NCBI RefSeq assembly: GCF_044704955.1
Contig: NC_091996.1
Span: 2,418,001-2,482,000, forward strand
Source of the DNA: Pristiophorus japonicus
Taxonomy: Eukaryota
DNA: 64,000 bases
Direction of reading: 5' to 3'
Part shown: positions 49,701-63,600 of the stretch, one piece after another
Numbering within the stretch: position 1 is the stretch's first letter
How the letters are laid out: each line of letters starts with the position of its first letter
The notes under the pieces: generated by a model
The model's input: the letters and a program-made list of their open reading frames with translations, nothing else
Told to the model about the DNA's origin: nothing
Database searches by the model: none
Made by a program: the position numbers and the translations under genes

Positions 49701-50706
49701 CCCCCCCGATCTCTCGCCCCTCCTCCGCCCCGATCTCTCGCCGCTCCTCCGCCCCGATCTCTCGCCGCTCCTCCGCCCCGATCTCTCGCCGCTCCTCCTC
49801 CCCGATCTCTCGCCGCTCCTCAGCCCCGATCTCTCGCCGCTCCTCCGCCCCGATCTCTCGCCGCTCCTCCGCCCCGATCTCTCGCCCCTCCTCCGCCCCG
49901 ATCTCTCGCCGCTCCTCCGCCCCGATCTCTCGATACTCCTCCGCCCCGATCTCTCGCCCCTCCTCCGCCCCCGATCCCTCGCCGCTCCTCCGCCCCGATC
50001 TCTCGCCGCTCCTCCGCCCCCCGATCTCTCGATACTCCTCCGCCCCCCGATCTCTCGATACTCCTCCGCCCCGATCTCTCGATACTCCTCCGCCCCGATC
50101 TCTCGCCGCTCCTCCGCCCCGATCTCTCGATACTCCTCCGCCCCCCGATCTCTCGATACTCCTCCGCCCCGATCTCTCGCCGCTCCTCCGCCCCGATCTC
50201 TCGCCGCTCCTCCGCCCCGATCCCTCGCCGCTCCTCCGCCCCCCGATCTCTCGATACTCCTCCGCCCCGATCTCTCGATACTCCTCCGCCCCGATCTCTC
50301 GATACTCCTCCGCCCCCGATCCCTCGCCGCTCCTCCGCCCCGATCTCTCGATACTCCTCCGCCCCGATCTCTCGATACTCCTCCGCCCCGATCTCTCGAT
50401 ACTCCTCCGCCCCCGATCCCTCGCCGCTCCTCCGCCCCCGATCCCTCGCCGCTCCTCCGCCCCGATCTCTCGATACTCCTCCGCCCCGATCTCTCGCCGC
50501 TCCTCCGCCCCGATCTCTCGATACTCCTCCGCCCCCGATCCCTCGCCGCTCCCCCGCCCCCGATCCCTCGCCGCTCCTCCGCCCCCCGATCTCTCGCCCC
50601 TCCTCCGCCCCCGATCTCTCGCCGCTCCCCCGCCCCGATCTCTCGATACTCCTCCGCCCCCGATCTCTCGCCGCTCCCCCGCCCCGATCTCTCGCCGTTC
50701 CTCCGC
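46740..50706. repeat. 24-bp C-rich minisatellite (about 4 kb) inside an RTE-tailed SINE
   Basis: Unit ccccgatctctcg(ccg/ata/ccc)ctcctccg. Confidence 0.97.
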
Positions 50707-51344
50707 TGTACCTGCATCCCGCCGATGTTCCTGCCCATGTTCCAAACGGCGACCTGGGTTTTGATGATGTCACCCAGTCGCCCACTTCGAAGCTGTCACA
50801 CACTTGTAGCAGCTAGCACTGGAAGCTGCAGTGCTATGCTCGTTTATCCTCGCGACCTCCGGTGGTGTCCTCTCGTGACTGACTGACCTGTAATTGCCGT
50901 GTTTTATCTCCCCTTTTTTTGAACAGGGGTGTAACATTTGCAATCCTCCAGTCCTCTCGCACCATCCCCATATTGTGGACAGAGTCTCTGCTCTTTCCAC
51001 CCTTCCCTCACAACCTAGGATGCATCCCATCTGGACTGGCCCTTTCTACTTTGAATGCTGCCAACGTTTTGGTGCCAGCAGTTTATCTATTTTTATCCTA
51101 TTCAATTTTTCTGCTACCTCCTCCTTTACTGTGACATTGACAGCATCTTCTTTAGTGAAGATAGATTTAAAGTACTCGTTTTATACATCAGCCACATCCT
51201 TTGCCTCCAAAAGATCTCCTTTGTGATCCCTAATCAGCCCTACCCTTTGACTACCATTTTACTAGAATTGCTTTGAATTTACAGCCCAGAAATGTCTACC
51301 CTATCGAACCCTTTCATAATCTTAAAGACCATCAGGTCATCTCT

Positions 51345-52850
51345 CAGTCTATCGACTCGGGATCAGTTCCTATGGACTGGAGGGTAGCTAATGTAACACC
51401 ACTTTTTAAAAAAGGAGGGAGAGAGAAAACGGGGAATTATAGACCGGTTAGCCTGACATCAGTAGTGCGGAAAATGTTGGAATCAATTATTTAAGATGAA
51501 ATAACAGCGCATTTGGAAAGCAGTGACAGGATCGGTCCAAGTCAGCATGGATTTATGAAAGGGAAATCATGCTTGACAAATCTTCTAGAAGTTTTTGAGG
51601 ATGTAACTGGTAGAGTGGACAAGGGAGAACCAGTGGATGTGGTGTATTTGGACTTTCAAAAGGCTTTTGACAAGGTCCCACTCAAGAGATTGGTGTGGAA
51701 AATTAAAGCACAAAGATATTGGGGGTAATGTACTGACGTGGATAGAGAACTGGTTGGCAGACAGGAAGCAGAGAGTCGGGATAAACGGGTCCTTTTCAGA
51801 ATGGCAGGCAGTGACTAGTGAAGTGCCGCAGGGCTCAGTGCTGGGACCCCAGCTCTTTACAATATACATTAATGATTTAGACAAAGGAATTGAGTGTAAT
51901 ATCTCCAAGTTTGCAGATGACACTAAGCTGGGTGGCGGTGTGAGCTGTGAGGAGGACACTAAGAGGCTGCAGGGTGATTTGGACAGGTTAGGTGAGTGAG
52001 CAAATGCATGGCAGATGCAGTATAATGTGGATAAATATGAGGTTATCCACTTTGGTGGCAAAACACGAAGGCAGAATATTATCTGAATGGTGACAGATTA
52101 GTAAAAGGGGAGGTGCAATGAGACTTGGGTGTCATGGTACATCAGTCATTGAAAGTTGGCATACAGGTACAGCAGGCGGTGAAGAAGGCAAATGATATGT
52201 TGGCCTTCATAGCTAGGGGATTTGAGTATAGGAGCAGGGAGGTCTTACTGCAGTTGTACAGGGCCTTAGTGAGGCCTCACCTGGAATATTGTGTTAGTAT
52301 TGGTCTCCTAATCTGAGGAAGGACGTTCTTGCTATTGAGGGAGTGCAGCGAAGGTTCACGAAACTGATTCCCGGGGTGACAGGACTGACATATGAGGACT
52401 GGATCGACTGGGCCTTTATTCATTGGAGTTTAGAAGGATGAGAGGGGATATCATAGAAACATACAAAATTCTGACGGGACTGGACAGGTTAGATGCAGGA
52501 AGAATGTTTCCGATGTTGGGGAAGTGCAGAACCAGGGGACATAGTCTAAAGATAAGGGGTAGGCCATTTAGGATTGAGATGAGGAGAAACTTCTTCACTC
52601 AGAGAGTTGTTAACCTGTGGAATTCCCTACCACAGAGAGTTGTTGATGCCAGTTCATTGGATATATTCAAGAGGGAGTTAGATATGGCCCTTACGGCTAA
52701 AGGGATCAAGGGGTATGGAGAGAAAGCAGGAAAGGGGTACTGAGGGAATGATCAGCCATGATCTTATTGAATGGTGGTGCAGGCTCGAAGTGCCGAATGG
52801 CCTACTCCTGCACCTATTTTTCTATGTCTTTGTTTCTATGTTTCTCTTTT
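51345..52850 (+). mobile_element. CR1-clade LINE 3' part, same family as 32.6-36 kb
   Basis: [29 protein letters not shown]; tttctatgt tail. Confidence 0.9.
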
Positions 52851-53859
52851 TTTGAGAAAAGGGCCCCAGCCTGTTCGATCTTCCCTGTTAAGTATAATCT
52901 CTCAGCTCTGGTATCAGTCTAGTAAAAAATGTTTGCACCTTCTCCAGTACCTCTCTAACTTATTTATAATATGGAGACCAGAACTGTTCACAGTGCTCCA
53001 AGTGTGCTGTAACCAAGGTTCCATACAATTTTAACATAACTTCTATCCCTCTAGAAATGAACCCCAGTGCTTGGTTTGCTTTTTTAACCTTATTAACCTG
53101 CATCGCTACTTTTAGTGATTTGTATCTGTCCCCAGCTCCCTCTGTTCCTCTACCCCATTTAGACACTTATTTTCAAAGGAATATGTGGCCTCTTTATTCT
53201 TCGTACTAAGATGTACTACCTCGCATTTACATTACAACAGTGACTACACTTCAAAAGTACTTCAGTGTCTGTGAAGCAGTTGGTGATGTCCTGAGGTTGT
53301 GAAAGGTGATGTATCAAAAAGAAAGGTTTGCATTTATACAGCGCATTTCAGCATCTCAGGATGTCCCAAAGCACTTCATAGACACTGAAGTACTTTCGAT
53401 GTGTAGTCACTGTTGTAATGTAGGAACCGTGGAAGCCAGTTTGGGCACAGCAAGCTCCCACAAACAGCATTGAGATAACGACCAGATAATCTGTTTTTGT
53501 GATGTTGATTGAGGGATAAATATTGGCCAGGAAACCGGGGAGAACTCCCCTGCTCTTCCTCAAAATAGTGCCATGGGATCTTTTACGTCCACATGAGAGG
53601 TCATACGGTTTAATGCCTTATCCGGAAGATCAACGTAAATTGTTGTCTGTTTTCTCGCTCCATTACCTTGCCCATTAATTTAATCTGCCCACTGGCAGAT
53701 CTTGTCAAACTCATTCTGCAATTTCTGAGCTGCCTCTCCTGATTCTGGTGCCCTTCCTAGGTTGACCACTTCTGAATTCAAGTCATTTACAATAATTAAA
53801 ACTTGTAATGATCCCAGCATTGCGTTTTTGTTGCCAAATCCCCCTTTTTGGAGATAATC

Positions 53860-54302
53860 TTCCACCCCGTCTCCTTTACAAAGATGGCGGTGCCTTAGCT
53901 GACGGATGTTCCCCTTTACAAAGATGGCGCGGCCTCATTTAGATGGCGGCGGAACATCACATGTCCCAGGTCCGGACCTTCTATTGGTTGGTTACACACT
54001 GCTCAACCGAGCTTGACAGCCGACACCATGACGTTTGATTGACACCGGAGCCAGCCATACAGAAGGCCGCATTTCCTGGCTACCCAGGCTTGCGGCCAAT
54101 CAGCTGCGGCCGAGGGCGGGGTGTAGGGCAGCGGAAGTTTGGTTGCGGGGAGGCGGCGGGCGCGCGGCCGGGGACCGGGATTCGAGGCTGCAAGCGGCTT
54201 CCCAGCGGGGGCGGGGCGGGCTCGGGGAGCGGGAGAGCGTTCGCTGCTGGACCGGGAGCCGCCTGGAGGCCCGCGCACAAAGTGCGTGGCCAGGTTGAAG
54301 AG
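53860..54302 (+). promoter_or_regulatory. MED22 CpG-island promoter and probable non-coding exon 1 (ends 54302)
   Basis: Three (a)agatggcg YY1-like sites at 53880-53950, CCAAT at about 54096, gcggaagt ETS site, GC boxes, strong donor AG|gtgagt at 54302/54303. Confidence 0.65.
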
Positions 54303-54306
54303 GTGA

Positions 54307-54597
54307 GTAACCAACCAATAGAAGGACCCGGACTGGGCCACGTGATATTCAGACGCCATCTTAGTGAGGACACGCCATTTTGGGAAAGGAGAAGAGCAGC
54401 AAGGTTTGGACTGGGGAACCAACCAATAGAAGGACCCGGACTGGGCCACGTGATATTCAGACGCCATTTTGGGAAAGGAGAAGAGCAGCAAGGTTTGGAC
54501 TGGGGAACCAACCAATAGAAGGACCCGGACTGGGCCACGTGATATTCAGACGCCATTTTGGGAAAGGAGAAGAGCAGCAAGGTTTGGACTGGGGAAG
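54307..54597 (+). repeat. Three tandem copies of an approximately 89-bp CCAAT/E-box/YY1-containing unit
   Basis: aaCCAATagaaggacccggactgggcCACGTGatattcagaCGCCATTTTgggaaagg.. x3. Confidence 0.9.
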
Positions 54598-54865
54598 ATG
54601 AGGGGAGGCTGGGGAGGCTGAGGGGAGATTTAATTGAGGTGTATAAAATAATGAGGGCCCTAGAACGGATGGACAGGATGGACCTGTTTCCCTTACAGAG
54701 GGGTCAATAACCGGGGGCGTAGATTTCTCGTACCTCAGCACTACGCTGGGAGTGTCAGGCTGGAGTCTGTGCCTAATTCTCTGGAGTGGGACTTAAAGCA
54801 ATATCCTTCTGACTAAGATGTTGACGTCTGCCTCGGACCCCCCCCCCCCCCCCCCGGTGTCACAC

Positions 54866-55495
54866 AGAAACATAGACAATAGGTGCAGGAGTCGGCCATT
54901 CAGCCCTTCGAGCCTGCACCGCCATTCGATAAGATCATTCCCTCAGTACCCCTTTCCTGCTTTCTCTCCATTCCCCTTGATCCCTTTAACCGTAAGGGCC
55001 ATATCTAACTCCCTCTGGAATATATCCAATGAACTGGCCTCAACAACTCTCTGCGGTAGAGAATTCCACAGGTTCACCACTCTCTGGGTGAAGAAGTCTC
55101 TCCTCATCTCGGTCCTAAATGGCTTACCCCTTATCCTTAGACTGTGACCCCTGGTTCTTGCACAGATCACAACGGTTTAGTTTTTCACTATGGGCCTAAC
55201 GCACTCCTGTCACTGTCTCAGATCCAGGTCCATGCATCATTTCGGACGTTGGCGGGCAATGAACTTTGTAATTGTGTCACTGTGACCAAGTCCAGTTCAT
55301 TAATATGTATCAAAAAGAGCAGTGGTCCTAATACTGACCCCTGGGGAACACCACTGTATACTCCCTCCAGTCTGAAAAACAACCGTTCATCACTATCTGC
55401 TTTCTGTCCCTCAGCCAGTTTTGTACCCAAGCTGCCAGTGCCCCTCTAATCCCACGGGCTTTAATTTTGCTTACAGGTCTATTTTATGTGACGCC
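54866..55495 (-). mobile_element. CR1-type fragments in MED22 intron 1
   Basis: RTRGHSLRIRG..NLWNSLP; [10 protein letters not shown]. Confidence 0.75.
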
Positions 55496-55586
55496 CACGG
55501 GTGAGGGAGAGGGTGCTCTGACAGTTACAATGACGTGTTAATGTGCGTGTTTTGACTTGTGTGGATGCAGGAAGTCCGGAGCCAGA

Positions 55587-55709
55587 ATGTCACAGCAGCG
55601 CACACTGCCCCAGAGTAAGGAGCTGCTTCTCCAGTCCTACAACAAGAGACTGAAGGATGACATCAAATCCATTCTGGATAACTTCACAGAAATCATCAAA
55701 AGTGCTCGG
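55587..55709 (+). CDS. MED22: MED22 first coding exon ([41 protein letters not shown])
   Basis: Likely acceptor atgcag ending at 55570, ATG at 55587, gtaggt donor. Confidence 0.95.
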
Positions 55710-58700
55710 GTAGGTGGTAACCAAACCAGACCCAGTGTGGCAGCACAGCCTGTCTGAGAGAGGATTCACATCACACTCCACGTTAACAATGGGGAAGACC
55801 ATTACTGAACATCAAACCTCATCTCAGCAGCAGCTGTCAGTGGCAGTCGAAGGAAGGGTCAAATGTTTCTGTTGTGTTCCTAACACAGGGAGGTTAAAGT
55901 AACAGTGACCTCAGTCTTTAATAAGACACTCCAGAGTGAGGAACAGGCCTTCGGGGCCGGCTTATATACAGTGCTCCCAAGGTTTGGCACAGAAACAGGC
56001 CATTCGGCCCGTTACATCTGTGCATGTGTTTTCCACCACACGAATTGCCCAGTCAAATCCCACTCTCCCCCTCACTCCCCGCACCCTTTAATATCCCACC
56101 CAGTCTAATCCCACTCTCCCCTCACTCCCCGTACCCATTAATATCCCACACAGTCTAATCCCACTCTCCCCTCATTCCCCGTACCCATTAATACCCCACA
56201 CAGTCTAATCCCACTCTCCCCCTCACTCCCCGCACCCTTTAATATCCCACTCAGTATAATCCCACTCTCCCCTCACCCTTTAATATCCCACCCAGTCTAA
56301 TCCCACTCTCCCCGTACCCATTAATATCCCACAGTATAATCCCACTCTCCCCTCACTCCCCATACCCTTTAATATCCCACCCAGTATAATCCCACTCTCC
56401 CCTCACCCTTTAATATCCCACCCAGTCTAATCCCACTCTCCCGCTCACTCCCCATACTCCTTTAATATCCCACCCAGTCTAATCCCACTCTCCCTTCACT
56501 CCCCGTATCCTTTAATATCCCAACCAGTCTAATCCCACTCTCCCCTCACTCCCCGTACCCATTAATATCCCACCCAGTCTAATCCCACTCTCCCGCTCAC
56601 TCCCCATACTCCTTTAATATCCCACCCAGTTTAATCCCTCACTCTCCACACCCTTTAATATCCCACCCAGTCTAATCCCACTCTCCCGCTCACTCCCCAT
56701 ACTCCTTTAATATCCCACCCAGTCTAATCCCTCACTCCCCACACTCTTTAATATCCCACCCAGTCTAATCCCACTCTCCCCTCATTCCCCGTACCCATTA
56801 ATATCCCACCCAGTCTAATCCCACTCTCCCGCTCACTCCCCATACTCCTTTAATATCCCACCCAGTCTAATCCCTCACTCCCCACACTCTTTAATATCCC
56901 ATACAGTCTAATCCCACTCTCCCCCTCACTCCCCGCACCCTTTAATATTTCTAATTTTCAGCAACTCGCTTTAATTTCCTTTAAAGAGAATTTACAGACT
57001 TGCTTCAACTACAGTTTGTGACCGAGAATCGCACATTCTGACCACCGTATCTATAAAAACATGTTCTAACCTCCCCTTTAATTCCTTTTATGATTGTCTT
57101 AAATCTGTGCCGATGGACACAGCCTCTGAATATTCAGCCCCTCACAACCTTCGCAGTCTCGAAGCCCCCGAACGGGGCTCCTTTTAACCTTGTCCGCCTC
57201 AGTGAGAAAAAACCCTAATTTCTCAATTCTCCCGTCATAACCGTGATCCCCCCCCCCCCGTCATAACCGTGATCCCCCCCCCGTCATAACCGTGATCCCC
57301 CCCCCCCCCGTCATAACCGTGATCCCCCCCCCCCCCGTCATAACCGTGATCCCCCCCCCCCCCCGTCATAACCGTGATCCCCCCCCCCCCCCCCCCCGTC
57401 ATAACCATGATCCCCCCCCCCCCCCCGTCATAACCGTGATCCCCCCCCCCCCCCGTCATAACCGTGATCCCCCCCCCCCGTCATAACCGTGATCCCCCCC
57501 CCCTCCCGTCATAACCGTGATCCCCCCCCCCGTCATAACCGTGATCCCCCCCCCCCCCCGTCATAACCGTGATCCCCCCCCCCCCCCGTCATAACCGTGA
57601 TCCCCCCCCCCCGTCATAACCGTGATCCCCCCCCCCGTCATAACCGTGATCCCCCCCCCCCCGTCATAACCGTGATCCCCCCCCCCCCGTCATAACCGTG
57701 ATCCCCCCCCCCCCGTCATAACCGTGATCCCCCCCCCCGTCATAACCGTGATCCCCCCCCCCCCGTCATAACCGTGATCCCCCCCCCCCCGTCATAACCG
57801 TGATCCCCCCCCCCGTCATAACCGTGATCCCCCCCCCCGTCATAACTGTGATCCCCCCCCCCCGTCATAACCGTGATCCCCCCCCCCCCGTCATAACCGT
57901 GATCCCCCCCCCCCCCCGTCATAACTGTGATCCCCCCCCCCCGTCATAACCGTGATCCCCCCCCCCCCCCGTCATAACCGTGATCCCCCCCCCCCGTCAT
58001 AACCGTGATCCCCCCCCCCCCGTCATAACCGTGATCCCCCCCCCCCCCCGTCATAACTGTGATCCCCCCCCCCCCGTCATAACCGTGATCCCCCCCCCCC
58101 CGTCATAACCGTGATCCCCCCCCCCGTCATAACTGTGATCCCCCCCCCCCGTCATAACCGTGATCCCCCCCCCCCCGTCATAACCGTGATCCCCCCCCCC
58201 CGTCATAACTGTGATCCCCCCCCCCCCCCCGTCATAACCGTGATCCCCCCCCCCCCCCGTCATAACCGTGATCCCCCCCCCCCCGTCATAACCGTGATCC
58301 CCCCCCCCCCGTCATAACCGTGATCCCCCCCCCCCCCGTCATAACCGTGATCCCCCCCCCCCCCGTCATAACCGTGATCCCCCCCCCCCGTCATAACCGT
58401 GATCCCCCCCCCCCGTCATAACTGTGATCCCCCCCCCCCGTCATAACCGTGATCCCCCCCCCCCCCCGTCATAACCGTGATCCCCCCCCCCCGTCATAAC
58501 CGTGATCCCCCCCCCCCCCCCCCCCCCGTCATAACCGTGATCCCCCCCCCCCCCGTCATAACCGTGATCCCCCCCCCCCGTCATAACCGTGATCCCCCCC
58601 CCCCAGCTCCAGCGAATATTTCAACCTGCGCCTCCCATCCTTCCCCAGAGAGTGACGATGTTTGGCCACGGGGATGTTAACTGCTGCTCTTGCAATGTTG

Positions 58701-60539
58701 CAGCCCTCGAACTACTGGACATGAACCCCAGCAACAAAGTCCGGCAGCAGCTTAATTATTTTAGTTTGGGCTGGTCATACCCAGCACCATCTTTAGCCAG
58801 CAGGGCAGTGGGTGCTGATCGAGAACCTGATGTGTTTAACTCAGGGTGCTGATGCAGATTATCAGCCTCCGTCCACTGTCGCCCCCCCCTGCCCCGGGCA
58901 TGGACCGGGAGTCGAGCCCCAGATCCCGTGGTGATGATGCTTCTGTTGCTCACTGCCCCCACCTCCCCATCCATTTATTCAGCGTGAAACCCTCCCTCCC
59001 TCCAGCTTCCTCTCCGCTCAAGTGATGCTGAAAACTGAGATGCCAAAGAGAAAATAAATTACACAGATTGTACAGCACAGAAACAGGCCATTCGGCCTAA
59101 CTGGCTTCTCCACACAAGCCTCCTCCTACCCCTTTTCATCTCACCCTATCGCCATATCCTATTCATTTCTCAAGTACCTATCCAGCTCCCCTTAAATGCA
59201 TCGATACTATTCGCCTCAACCACATTCTCACCGCTCTCTGGGTAAAGAGGTTTCTCCTGAATTCACCATTGGATTTATTACAGATCATCTTATATAATGG
59301 CCCCCTAGTTCTGGTCTCCCCCACAAGTGGAAATATCTTCTCTATGTCCACCCTATCAAACCCCTTCATAATTTTAAGGACCTCTATCAGGTCACCCCTC
59401 AGCCTTCTCTTTTCTAGAGCAAAGAGCCCCAGCCTGTTCCGTCGTTCCTGATAATTATAACCTCTCAGTTCTGGTATGTCTTTTGCACCTTCTCCAGTGC
59501 CTCTATATCCTTTTTGTAATACGGAGACCGGGACTGTGCACAAAGTCTATCCACCTTCTCCCTACAATGTTTGATATAAACAAAACGAAAATGGTTTTGT
59601 CAAATATATTTTCCGATAAAGACACTGACCCTTTGAGGGTAATTAAACTGTTCCACCATCCAGCTGGTGGTTACTGTGCCCGGGGGGTTTGTAAACACCT
59701 TCTCAGTGCAATAGTGGCACTCCGTATCAGAGCATCCACACGGGCACCGACAGGTAGGTTCAGTTCGAGAGAGAATGATACAGCTCAGGAGGAGGCCATT
59801 GGGCCCATCGAGCCTGTGCCGGCTCTGTGAGAGAGCGATCCAATCAGTCCCACTCCCCCCGCTGTTTCCCCACAGCTCTGCATATTCTTCCCTTCAAGTA
59901 TTTATCCAATTCCCGGTTTGAAAGTTACTATTGAATCTGCTCCCACCGCTCTTTCAGGCAGCGCGTTCCCGATCACAACAACTCGCTGCGTTAAAACATT
60001 CTCCTTCTCCCCCTCTGATTCCTTTGCCAATTATCATCAATCTGTGTCCCTCTGGTTACTGACCCTCCTGCCCCGGGAACAGGTTCTCCTTATTTACTCT
60101 ATCAAAGCCCCTCATGGTTTTAACCACCTCTATTAATCTCCCCTTAACCATCACTGCTCTAAGGGGAACAACACCAGCTTCTCTAATCTCTCTACAGATG
60201 TCCTAATAGATTTTTTATTAGCTACAGGACATGGAGCAAAGCAGGTCAATGGAGTTGAGGTACAGATCAGCCATGATCTGAGTGAATGGGGGAACAGGCT
60301 CGAGGGGCTGAATGGCCTCCTCCTCCCGTGTCCCACTCCACTCATTGCCCGCCGGGCTGCAGGAACCGCCTGTGTTTGGGGAGTGGTCGGATGCTTGATG
60401 TGAAGTCCCCGAGACACTGATCCAAAATCTCCACCTGAGGCCCAACCTTGTGTTCCAGGTTGAAGATGAGACGCAGGTTTCCCGAGCGACTCAGTGTGAG
60501 CAAGACCACTACGAGATGCACGTGAGAGCGGCAAATATC
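55587..60539 (+). CDS. MED22: Mediator subunit 22 (SURF5), gene span, 3'-partial
   Basis: Coding exons 55587-55709 and 60459-60539; later exons lie beyond the window. Confidence 0.95.
56050..56947. repeat. 40-50-bp C-rich minisatellite
   Basis: Unit cccacccagtctaatcccactctcccctcactccccgtacccattaatat. Confidence 0.93.
57233..58605. repeat. Minisatellite of a fixed 14-mer plus a variable poly-C run
   Basis: gtcataaccgtgat followed by C(n) of variable length, dozens of copies. Confidence 0.95.
60459..60539 (+). CDS. MED22: MED22 second coding exon ([27 protein letters not shown])
   Basis: ttccag acceptor, gtaagt donor; 81 bp. Confidence 0.95.
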
Positions 60540-60623
60540 GTAAGTACCGAACAGGTCAAACTCAACCCATTCCTCCTCTCTGTTGTTTCTCCATCCCTGT
60601 ATCTCCGCTCCTGAACAGTCTCG

Positions 60624-63600
60624 CTCTCACTGGGGTATGTGTCCCACACACACTGACTCTCACTGGGGTACGGGTCCCACACACACTGACTCTCACTGGG
60701 GTACAGGTCCCACACACACTGACTCTCACTGGGGTACAGGTCCCACACACACTGACTCTCACTGGGGTACAGGTCCCACACACACTGACTCTCACTGGGG
60801 AACGGGTCCCACACACACTGACTCTCACTGGGGTACGGGTCCCACACACACTGACTCTCACTGGGGTACGAGTCCCACACACACTGACTCTCACTGGGGT
60901 ACGGGTCCCACACACACTGACTCTCACTGGGGTACGGGTCCCACACACACTGACTCTCACTGGGGTACGGGTCCCACACACACTGACTCTCACTGGGGTA
61001 CAGGTCCCACACACACTGACTCTCACTGGGGTATGGGTCCCACACACACTGACTCTCACTGGGGTACAGGTCCCACACACACTGACTCTCACTGGGGTAC
61101 AGGTCCCACACACACTGACTCTCACTGGGGTATGGGTCCCACACACACTGACTCTCACTGGGGTACAGGTCCCACACACACTGACTCTCACTGGGGTACA
61201 GGTCCCACAGACACTGACTCTCACTGGGGTACGGGTCCCACACACACTGACTCTCACTCGGGTATGGGTCCCACACACACTGACTCTCACTGGGGGACAG
61301 TCCCACACACACTGACTCTCACTCGGGTATGGGTCCCACACACACTGACTCTCACTGGGGTACGGGTCCCACACACACTGACTCTCACTGGGGTACGAGT
61401 CCCACACACACTGACTCTCACTGGGGTACGGGCCCCACACACACTGACTCTCACTGGGGTACGGGTCCCATACACACTGACTCTCACTGTGGTACGGGTC
61501 CCACACACACTGACTCTCACTGGGGTACAGGTCCCACACACACTGACTCTCACTGGGGTATGGGTCCCACACACACTGACTCTCACTGGGGTACAGGTCC
61601 CACACACACTGACTCTCACTGGGGTACGGGTCCCACACACACTGACTCTCACTGGGGTACGGGTCCCACACACACTGACTCTCACTGGGGGACAGTCCCA
61701 CACACACTGACTCTCACTCGGATATGGGTCCCACACACACTGACTCTCACTGGGGTACGGGTCCCACACACACTGACTCTCACTGGGGTACGGGTTCCAC
61801 ACACACTGACTCTCACTGGGGTACGGGTCCCACACACACTGACTCTCACTGGGGTATGGGTCCCACACACACTGACTCTCACTGGGGTATGGGTTCCACA
61901 CACACTGACTCTCACTGGGGTACGGGTTCCACACACACTGACTCTCACTGGGGTACAGGTCCCACACACACTGACTCTCACTGGGGTATGGGTCCCACAC
62001 ACACTGACTCTCACTGGGGTACAGGTCCCACACACACTGACTCTCACTGGGGTACAGGTCCCACACACACTGACTCTCACTGGGGTACAGGTCCCACACA
62101 CACTGACTCTCACTGGGGTACAGGTCCCACAGACACTGACTCTCACTGGGGTACGGGTCCCACACACACTGACTCTCACTGGGGTACGGGTCCCACACAC
62201 ACTGACTCTCACTGGGGGACAGTCCCACACACACTGACTCTCACTGGGGTACGGGTTCCACACACACTGACTCTCACTGGGGTACGGGTCCCACACACAC
62301 TGACTCTCACTGGGGTATGGGTTCCACACACACTGACTATCACTGGGGTACGGGTTCCACACACACTGACTCTCACTGGGGTACGGGTCCCACACACACT
62401 GACTCTCACTGGGGTACGGGTTCCACACACACTGACTCTCACTGGGGTACGGGTCCCACACACACTGACTCTCACTGGGGTACGGGTCCCACACACACTG
62501 ACTCTCACTGGGGTACGGTCCCACACACACTGACTCTCACTGGGGTACGGGTCCCACACACACTGACTCTCACTGGGGTACGGTCCCACACACACTGACT
62601 CTCACTGGGGTACGGTCCCACACACACTGACTCTCACTGGGGTACGGTCCCACACACACTGACTCTCACTGGGGTACGGTCCCACACACACTGACTCTCA
62701 CTGGGGTACGGGTCCCACACACACTGACTCTCACTGGGGTACGGTCCCACACACACTGACTCTCACTGGGGTACGGGTCCCACACACACTGACTCTCACT
62801 GGGGTAAGGGTCCCACACACACTGACTCTCACTGAGGTACAGTCCCACACACACTGACTCTCACTGGGGTATGGGTCCCACACACACTGACTCTCACTGG
62901 GGTATGGGTCCCACACACACTGACTCTCACTGGGGTATGGGTCCCACACACACTGACTCTCACTGAGGTACAGTCCCACACACACTGATTCTCACTGGGG
63001 TAAGGGTCCCACACACACTGACTCTCACTGGGGTACAGTCCCCACACACTGACTCTCACTGGGGTACAGTCCCACACACACTGACTCTCAGTGGGGTACG
63101 GGTCCCACACAAACTGACTCTCACTGGGGTATGGGTCCCACACACACTGACTCTCACTGGGGTAGGGGTCCCACACACACTGACTCTCACTGGGGTAAGG
63201 GTCCCACACACACTGACTCTCACTGGGGTACAGTCCCCACACACTGACTCTCACTGGGGTACAGTCCCACACACAGTGACTCTCAGTGGGGTACGGGTCC
63301 CACACAAACTGACTCTCACTGGGGTATGGGTCCCACACACACTGACTCTCACTGGGGTACAGGTCCCACACACACTGACTCTCACTGGGGTACAGTCCCC
63401 ACACACTGACTCTCACTGGGGTACGGGTCCCACACACACTGACTCTCACTGGGGTAAGGGTCCCACACACACTGACTCTCACTGGGGTACGGGTCCCACA
63501 CACACTGACTCTCACTGGGGTACAGTCCCCACACACTGACTCTCACTGGGGTACGGGTCCCACACACACTGACTCTCACTGGGGTAAGGGTCCCACACAC

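Noticed and set aside
46505-50886. 1419-, 1167- and 1017-aa ORFs
   Set aside because: Translations of a 24-bp stop-poor minisatellite, open in several frames on both strands, with no domain content.
55870-55982. Possible truncated solo LTR (starts tgttgtg, TATA-like motif)
   Set aside because: Only one terminus is visible and there is no TSD, so support is too weak to list as a feature.
57233-58605. CRISPR-like pattern of constant repeat and variable spacer
   Set aside because: Spacers are only poly-C runs, the repeat is 14 bp, there are no cas genes and the context is a vertebrate intron.
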